Of a DNA stretch of 64,000 nt, positions 58,446-64,000 are shown in pieces. The notes beneath the pieces are model-generated. The model was not told the DNA's origin. It ran no database searches and saw only the letters and a list, made by a program, of their open reading frames with translations. The translations under genes and the position numbers were made by a program. Location: positions 416,001-480,000 of the forward strand of contig CAVQNG010000025.1 of the NCBI GenBank assembly GCA_963713825.1, given 5' to 3'. Each line of letters opens with the position of its first letter. Position 1 is the stretch's first letter. This DNA comes from an uncultured Acidobacteriota bacterium. Lineage in GTDB: Bacteria; Acidobacteriota; Thermoanaerobaculia; Multivoradales; JAHEKO01.

Positions 58446-59357
58446 TCAGTTGTCACACTCGAGTCGTCGGGAGGTGGCGTAGCCTACCTCTTCGAGGATG
58501 CATTGACCCGCGTCGCTCAAGACCCAGTCCAAGTAGGTCGCCACCGCTCCGGTCGGTCGGCCCTTGGTCACCATCATGAGAGGACGGGACAACGGGTAGG
58601 TGCCGTCTTCGGCGCTCTCCATCGAAGGGGTCACGCACGACCCGGCCTCTTCGATGGCAAAACAAGGCATTCTGACTTCGGTCGGTGGAACATAGGCCAG
58701 GGCGGTGTAGCCGAGTGCGCATGGAGTCTTGGCGACTGCTTCAACCACCTCACGTGACCCTTGCAGGTCGCGCGAGCCGAGCTTGTATTCCCGTGCAGGG
58801 CCGAGAATCTCTGTGCGGAGGAACTCGTAGGTTCCGGAGCTACTCTGGCGGCTGATGCGGACAATCTCATCGCTGGGGCAGCCGGGCACCGTCACTCCGA
58901 GTTGACTCCAAGTGTCGATGGGCCCTTCCTCGCCGAGGATCTCGGCTAACCGTTGGGCCGTCAGCGAGTCGACAGGGTTGTCCGGGTGAACGATGAACGC
59001 GGGTGCGTCGAACCCGACAATCGTCTCGACCGGAGTGAATCCAGAGGTCTCCGCCGCGTCGAACTCGCTTGGCTTGAGACGCCGCGTCGCGTTGGCAATG
59101 TCGACGGTTCCGTTGGTCAGTCCCGCAATCCCGTGTCCAGAACCGCCTCCAGATACGGAGACGCCCGGATGCGATTCCGCTGCAGAAAACCGCTCTGCCC
59201 ACACCAGAGCAACGATCACCATCGAGTCCGAGCCGGCGTTCCGGATCGTCGCCCGCTGGTCCAGAGGATTCACCGGTTGCCGACTGCACCCAGCGAGCGA
59301 ACCGAGTAGCAGTCCCTGACACAAGACCAGCGATGCGAAGCAGCGAGCCTTCCCCAT
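58446..59357 (-). CDS. pstS: Second PstS-family binding lipoprotein
   Basis: LAGC lipobox, AGSDSM, GGGSGHG, NATR, SRQSSSGTY, YPLSRPL; clear paralog of 57367-58251. Confidence 0.88.
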   Translation of the reverse strand: MGKARCFASLVLCQGLLLGSLAGCSRQPVNPLDQRATIRNAGSDSMVIVALVWAERFSAAESHPGVSVSGGGSGHGIAGLTNGTVDIANATRRLKPSEFDAAETSGFTPVETIVGFDAPAFIVHPDNPVDSLTAQRLAEILGEEGPIDTWSQLGVTVPGCPSDEIVRISRQSSSGTYEFLRTEILGPAREYKLGSRDLQGSREVVEAVAKTPCALGYTALAYVPPTEVRMPCFAIEEAGSCVTPSMESAEDGTYPLSRPLMMVTKGRPTGAVATYLDWVLSDAGQCILEEVGYATSRRLECDN

Positions 59358-59522
59358 GTATCCCTCCAGTGATCACCCGGTCCTCCCGTCGCGGATCAGG
59401 CGTCGTTGGTACTAGAATCCGACTGCACCAGAGCCTTCGACCGGGCATCCTGGGTCTCGAGGAATTCATGTTACTGCCGATGACGCCAATCTGCCACCCG
59501 TTGGGTCCAGGAGGCTTGCACA

Positions 59523-60668
59523 GTGCGAGACGCCGCAGCCACCAGTAGGGGTGTGGCAGCCGATGCCGCCCATCTCGAACGCTCCTCCCTGGCGCTTCGA
59601 CTGATTCTGCTGGGCGCCCTGCTGTTCGGGTTCTTTGTGGGCCTGGACATGATGGGCCTGTCGTTCAAGCTCTTTGGAAAGGGCTTTGCCGAGGGCTTGA
59701 TCGAGAGAACCTCCAACCCATTCGTCGGCCTCTTCGTCGGGATACTCGCCACGACCCTTGTCCAAAGCTCTTCCACAACCACGTCCATGATCGTGGCCCT
59801 GGTGGCTGCGGGGGCTCTGACCATCGAAGGTGCCATCCCGATGGTGATGGGTGCGAACATCGGCACATCGGTGACCAACACGTTGGTCTCGTTGGCTCAC
59901 GTGACGCGTCGCGAGGAGTTCCAAAGAGCTTTTGCCGGCGCCACCGTGCACGATTTCTTCAACTGGTTGGCGGTCTTGATCCTGTTGCCTCTCGAATTGG
60001 CGACAGGGTATCTGGCTCGCTCTGCGGCTTTCTTCGAGACCGTGCTGGAGGGAGCTGGGGGATTTAGACTGTTCGACCCCTTGAAAGCGGCGGTCAGGCC
60101 CGTCTCTTCGGGGCTGGCAGAGTTGTTCGGCAATTCCGGAATCTTGGTTCTCATCGTCGGAGTCGGTCTACTGATCGCCAGCTTGAAGTTCCTGGTGGAT
60201 CTCCTCAAGGTACTGATGACCGGGCGGGCCGAGGCAACGCTTCACCGCACCCTATTCCGCTCCGCAATGGCGGCCGCAACAGCTGGTTTGGTGGTAACCG
60301 TCATGGTCCAAAGCAGCTCGATTACGACGTCGCTGATGGTGCCGCTGGTCGGCGCCGGGGTCGTGACACTCGAGCAGGTCTTCCCGTTTACCATCGGTGC
60401 CAATGTCGGCACCACCGTGACGGCCATGTTGGCCGCCCTGTCGACGGGCAGCCCCGCTGCCGTCAGTGTCGCGCTGTCGCATTTGATCTTCAATCTCAGC
60501 GCCGCGGTGTTGATTTATGTGCCCAAGCCGATCCGCGCCATTCCGCTGACCCTGGCGAAAGCGCTGGGCAAGATGGCGGCCAGAAACCGACTCTTGGCAG
60601 CCGCCTACATCCTGGTCTTCTTCTTCGGGCTGCCGATCTTGCTACTGTTGTTGACAGGAGCCCTTTGA
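59523..60668 (+). CDS. Na+/Pi cotransporter (NptA/SLC34 family)
   Basis: Two QSSS repeats, GANIGTSVTN and GANVGTT, ATVHDFFN. Confidence 0.93.
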   Translation: MRDAAATSRGVAADAAHLERSSLALRLILLGALLFGFFVGLDMMGLSFKLFGKGFAEGLIERTSNPFVGLFVGILATTLVQSSSTTTSMIVALVAAGALTIEGAIPMVMGANIGTSVTNTLVSLAHVTRREEFQRAFAGATVHDFFNWLAVLILLPLELATGYLARSAAFFETVLEGAGGFRLFDPLKAAVRPVSSGLAELFGNSGILVLIVGVGLLIASLKFLVDLLKVLMTGRAEATLHRTLFRSAMAAATAGLVVTVMVQSSSITTSLMVPLVGAGVVTLEQVFPFTIGANVGTTVTAMLAALSTGSPAAVSVALSHLIFNLSAAVLIYVPKPIRAIPLTLAKALGKMAARNRLLAAAYILVFFFGLPILLLLLTGAL

Positions 60669-60697
60669 CTCGAGAGAGCTTTCGTAGGAGAACTTCC

Positions 60698-61351
60698 ATG
60701 TTTCAACGACTCTTTGGTGCCGACTCGAAATCCAAGCTGGTGGAAGCTGCGTTCGAGGATGTGACGACGATGTTTCGGCAGTCCGCCAAGATGCTGGATC
60801 TCTCGGTGGGGGCCCTATTGAACAACGAGGCGCTGGAGGTCGACCTCGAAGATATGGACGATGTGGTGGACGAAGGGGAGCGCATGGTCCGGCGGACTAT
60901 TCTCCAGCATCTCAGCGTCAATCCCCGACAGGACCTCGTCGCCAGCCTGATTCTGGTGAGCACCGTTCAGGATGCCGAGAGGATTGGAGACTTCGCCCGC
61001 GGTCTTGGAGAGCTGGTCCAGCTCGCCGGGAGCCCTCGCGAAGGACAGTTCGCTGACGAGCTTCGGGCTCTGGCCGATCGGCTCCGTCCGATGTTCGATG
61101 TCTGCGAGCAGGCCTTCAGTGACGACGACGTGAAGAAGGCCCGCCGGGTTGTGGAGACCCATATCGAACTCAAGCAGGCGTTCAAAGACTACACGGCGAA
61201 GGTCGCCAAGAGTGAGCTCACTGCCGACATGGCAATCGTCTATGCAAGTGCGGCGCGCATCTTGAGACGGATCAGCGCTCACCTGAGCAATATCGCTTCC
61301 ACCGTGGTTCAACCCTACGATCGCATCCGTCATGGCGATGAGGATGTGTGA
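60698..61351 (+). CDS. Stand-alone PhoU-domain protein
   Basis: D..VD..ER.VRR, DAERIGD, RRI.AHL.NIA; AGGAG SD. Confidence 0.85.
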   Translation: MFQRLFGADSKSKLVEAAFEDVTTMFRQSAKMLDLSVGALLNNEALEVDLEDMDDVVDEGERMVRRTILQHLSVNPRQDLVASLILVSTVQDAERIGDFARGLGELVQLAGSPREGQFADELRALADRLRPMFDVCEQAFSDDDVKKARRVVETHIELKQAFKDYTAKVAKSELTADMAIVYASAARILRRISAHLSNIASTVVQPYDRIRHGDEDV

Positions 61352-62607
61352 GCCTCCTCGTCGCCCCAACAATCCGCTCCGAGCAACTGTCGAACGGACT
61401 TCAGGTCTGTCTCGTCGAGCGTAGGCAAGCTCCAGTAGTCGCTACTGCCCTGTGCTATAGGGCAGGCACTCTCGACGAACCCCCTGGGCGGGAGGGTGTA
61501 GCTCATTTCCTCGAGCACATGATGTTTCGCGGCTCGAGTGAGTTTGGCGAGGGTGAGATCGACCGCTTGACCCAGGCTCTGGGCGGCTCGAACAATGCCG
61601 ACACCTCTCACGATTGCACGACCTACTACTTTTCCTTTGCGAAGGATCGGTGGACTATCGCGCTGGAGATCGAGGCGGATCGAATGGCTGGACTACTCCT
61701 CGAGCCCGCGGTGGTCGAAGCCGAACGAGCGATCATCCTCGAAGAAGTGAAGATGCACCAGGATGACCCGTGGGATGCGCTCGAAGAGCAGGTCATGGCG
61801 GCTCTCTACGGCCACCATGCGTATGGCAGACCCGTTCTGGGTACTGTCGATTCCCTCGAGCGTGTCGATCGATTGGCGTTGGCCGAATTTCAATCGAGGT
61901 GCTATCGACCCGAGAACGCAGTGTTGGCCATTGCTGGGGATGTCGGGCCGGAAGCCTTCGACGAGGTCGAACGGTTCTTCGCCGGGGCGTCTGGCGGTGA
62001 GAGGCTGAGACCCCGGTCGCTGGGAGAGATGGGACCGAGCAGCGCCCAGCGTGTCGAGCGACGCCAAGGTGAGGTAGCGCGTGTGCTCTGTGCGGTTCGA
62101 GCTCCGGCCCTCGGAGAGCCAGAGTATCCCGCGATGAGGCTGATGGCTGCGATGCTAGGGGCCGGTCGTGCCAGTCGGTTGAATCGATGTCTGGTCGAAG
62201 AAGCACGCTCTTGTGCCTTCGTGTCCGTTGAAATGACCGAGACATTGGTGGCCGGAGCTTTGTTCATCGCGGCGGAGGTCATTCCAGGTTGGCGTCCACC
62301 GAAAGTGGAACGAATGCTAATGAGTGAGCTCGAGCGGTTTGCCAGGGGATCTTTCGAGGCGGGAGAGTTGGCCCGGGCCAAAAGTCTCCTGATCGCCGAT
62401 TGGGTGTTCGGACACGAACAGGCTCAGGAGATGGCGCTGACCATTGCCAACGCCGGAGCTTTGATGGACCCCGAGCTGCCAGCTCGCCACCTCGAGAAGA
62501 TACAACGCTGCAGTCTGCATGAGGTACAGGATGCCGCGGCGCAGTATCTGGGCGCTGCCACCCCAAAGGTCGTCGGTTGGTCGTTGCCCGCCAACAGTCG
62601 GAGTTGA
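61348..62607 (+). CDS. M16 (insulinase-family) zinc peptidase, catalytic subunit
   Basis: G.AHFLEHMMF.G (HxxEH), NA.TS.D.T.Y, Y.P.NA.L.I.GD. Confidence 0.9.
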   Translation: MSLLVAPTIRSEQLSNGLQVCLVERRQAPVVATALCYRAGTLDEPPGREGVAHFLEHMMFRGSSEFGEGEIDRLTQALGGSNNADTSHDCTTYYFSFAKDRWTIALEIEADRMAGLLLEPAVVEAERAIILEEVKMHQDDPWDALEEQVMAALYGHHAYGRPVLGTVDSLERVDRLALAEFQSRCYRPENAVLAIAGDVGPEAFDEVERFFAGASGGERLRPRSLGEMGPSSAQRVERRQGEVARVLCAVRAPALGEPEYPAMRLMAAMLGAGRASRLNRCLVEEARSCAFVSVEMTETLVAGALFIAAEVIPGWRPPKVERMLMSELERFARGSFEAGELARAKSLLIADWVFGHEQAQEMALTIANAGALMDPELPARHLEKIQRCSLHEVQDAAAQYLGAATPKVVGWSLPANSRS

Positions 62608-62615
62608 GAGTCGAT

Positions 62616-63827
62616 ATGCCTGCATCCTCCATCCGAGTTCGCTCGTTGTGTGACTCCAAGGTGGTCTCGGTTCAGGTCAGGTTGACAGGCGGGTCGCGGA
62701 CCGAACAGGTTCCTGGCCAGGCTTCGATCACGGGGAGGATGCTGGCAGAGGGTACCGAGCGGCGCGACTGGCGCCAGATCGCGGAGCAGGCCGAGGACCT
62801 AGGAATGTCGGTCACGGCGTTCGGAGGCCTGGAGACGATCGGTGTGGCGATCGAAGCCCTGGCCCAAGACTGGGAACGGGCTGTCGAGTGGGCTGCGGAG
62901 CTGGTCTTGGAGCCGTCTTTCCCGCAGGATCGGTTCGAGTGGCTGGTTCAGCAGACCTCAGCCGAACTGCGCTCGCTGGGGGATCAGCCGGATGTGAGGA
63001 CGGGTTGGGAGTTCTTGAACCAGCTCTACCACCCTCACCCGAGATCGCGTCCAGTTCAAGGAACCCTCGAGGGACTTGCGTCGCTGGAGAAGGGAGCCTG
63101 CGCGGGATTCTGGCGAGAGAGCTTGTCGAGCTGTCGACTCGTAACGATTTGTGGAGGATTCGAGGACGAAGATCAAGTGATCGGGCGCGCGGAGTCACTG
63201 TTCGGTCAGCCGCCACCAGGAAGCTCGGAGCAGCTGGTCGCTGCTCCCCGAGGCGGTGGTAGGGCCCATAGGAAGGTGTCGATCGCAGGCGCGGATCAGG
63301 CACATCTCTATGCCGGACATCTGACGATCCCGAGGACCGATCCCGATCTGCCTGCAATGCAAGTGCTGAGCGTCATTCTCGGCTCTGGTTCCGTTCTATC
63401 CGGCCGACTCCCTCAGCGGCTCAGGGAGCGCGAAGGGCTGGCCTATGTCGCCAGTGCCAGTGCCGCTGCGGGCGCTGGTCTGGATCCGGGTCGGTTCGTC
63501 GTCTATCTGGGTACGGCTGTCGAAAGCCTGGAGCGGGCCGAGAGCTACATGCGGGAGGAGATCGACTTGTTGATCTCCCATGGAGTCACGGAGAGGGAAG
63601 TGGAAGAAGCCAAGTCCTATCTGATCGGGCGCGAGCCGTTCCGCCGAGAAACTGCTCGCCAGTGGGCCGAGCTATTGGCTGAGGCGGAGCTGTACGGTGA
63701 GCCGGTCGATCGCCCCGAGTGGTGCACGAATCGGTGGCGCCAGGTAAGCCGGGAGGAAGTCGAGGCTGCAGCGCGAAGACACCTGCGCCCAGCAGAGATC
63801 AAGGTGACGGTTGGAATGCCCTCTTGA
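62616..63827 (+). CDS. M16 peptidase, non-catalytic partner subunit
   Basis: No HxxEH; ILG.G...RL...LRE..GLAY motif. Confidence 0.85.
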   Translation: MPASSIRVRSLCDSKVVSVQVRLTGGSRTEQVPGQASITGRMLAEGTERRDWRQIAEQAEDLGMSVTAFGGLETIGVAIEALAQDWERAVEWAAELVLEPSFPQDRFEWLVQQTSAELRSLGDQPDVRTGWEFLNQLYHPHPRSRPVQGTLEGLASLEKGACAGFWRESLSSCRLVTICGGFEDEDQVIGRAESLFGQPPPGSSEQLVAAPRGGGRAHRKVSIAGADQAHLYAGHLTIPRTDPDLPAMQVLSVILGSGSVLSGRLPQRLREREGLAYVASASAAAGAGLDPGRFVVYLGTAVESLERAESYMREEIDLLISHGVTEREVEEAKSYLIGREPFRRETARQWAELLAEAELYGEPVDRPEWCTNRWRQVSREEVEAAARRHLRPAEIKVTVGMPS

Positions 63828-63870
63828 TCGCTCACCCGCCCTTGCTTGCGCCTGCCTCGGAGCCGCCCGT

Positions 63871-64000
63871 CTAAAGTAGTTGGCTCGCCAGATTGGCGAG
63901 CTCGGAGCGTTCGCCCTTCTCGAGGTTGACGTGGGCGTACAGCGGATTGTCAGTGATGCGGTCGATCAGGTAGGAGAGTCCGTTGCTCTGGGTGTCGAGA
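63871..64000 (-). CDS. phoH: PhoH-family ATPase, C-terminal fragment (5' part outside the window)
   Basis: Manual translation [42 protein letters not shown], matching the NGL...H..L.KGERS.LA C-terminus of PhoH-like proteins. Confidence 0.75.
   Translation of the reverse strand, partial: LDTQSNGLSYLIDRITDNPLYAHVNLEKGERSELANLASQLL

Noticed and set aside
59460-59490. Possible second PHO box between the second pstS and the Na/Pi transporter
   Set aside because: Half-sites are weak and not at an 11-bp period.
61348-63827. M16 peptidase pair as a RiPP/PQQ maturation system
   Set aside because: Standard active/inactive M16 pair; no precursor peptide or modifying enzymes nearby.

Overview
GC-rich bacterial chromosomal window, probably Acidobacteriota or similar (inferred from gene families such as TPR-TonB, TPR/FG-GAP-ASPIC and GAF-sigma54 activators; not verified). 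No prophage, IS element, CRISPR array or rRNA is visible. The left 41 kb is mostly housekeeping and regulatory: moaB, polA, selB, an ntrY-like kinase, smpB, fadL-like, uvrA, mtaB, pcm, rmuC, a hutH-like lyase and tRNA-Ala(CGC). It also holds a sigma54 activator / RsbW-RsbV-RsbU partner-switch locus with a readable -24/-12 promoter, palindromic upstream sites and an easily missed 51-aa membrane ORF. The right ~22 kb is a phosphate/polyphosphate island: a CNNM transporter, a 2-phosphoglycerate kinase::ApgM fusion, sixA, ppk1, a split PPK2 pair, an orphan ParA coupled to a CHAD protein and an HhH/poly-Lys protein, a pstS-pstS-phoU::pseudo-LMWPTP-pstC-pstA-pstB-pstB run with a PHO box, a Na/Pi cotransporter with a free PhoU, and a partial phoH. 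Best candidates for undescribed systems: (1) the HhH/polyK-CHAD-ParA-PPK2 operon as a polyphosphate-granule positioning system, (2) the 2-PGK::iPGM fusion, and (3) the partner switch sharing a GAF module with a sigma54 activator. All functional calls come from motif recognition by eye; no database searches were run.
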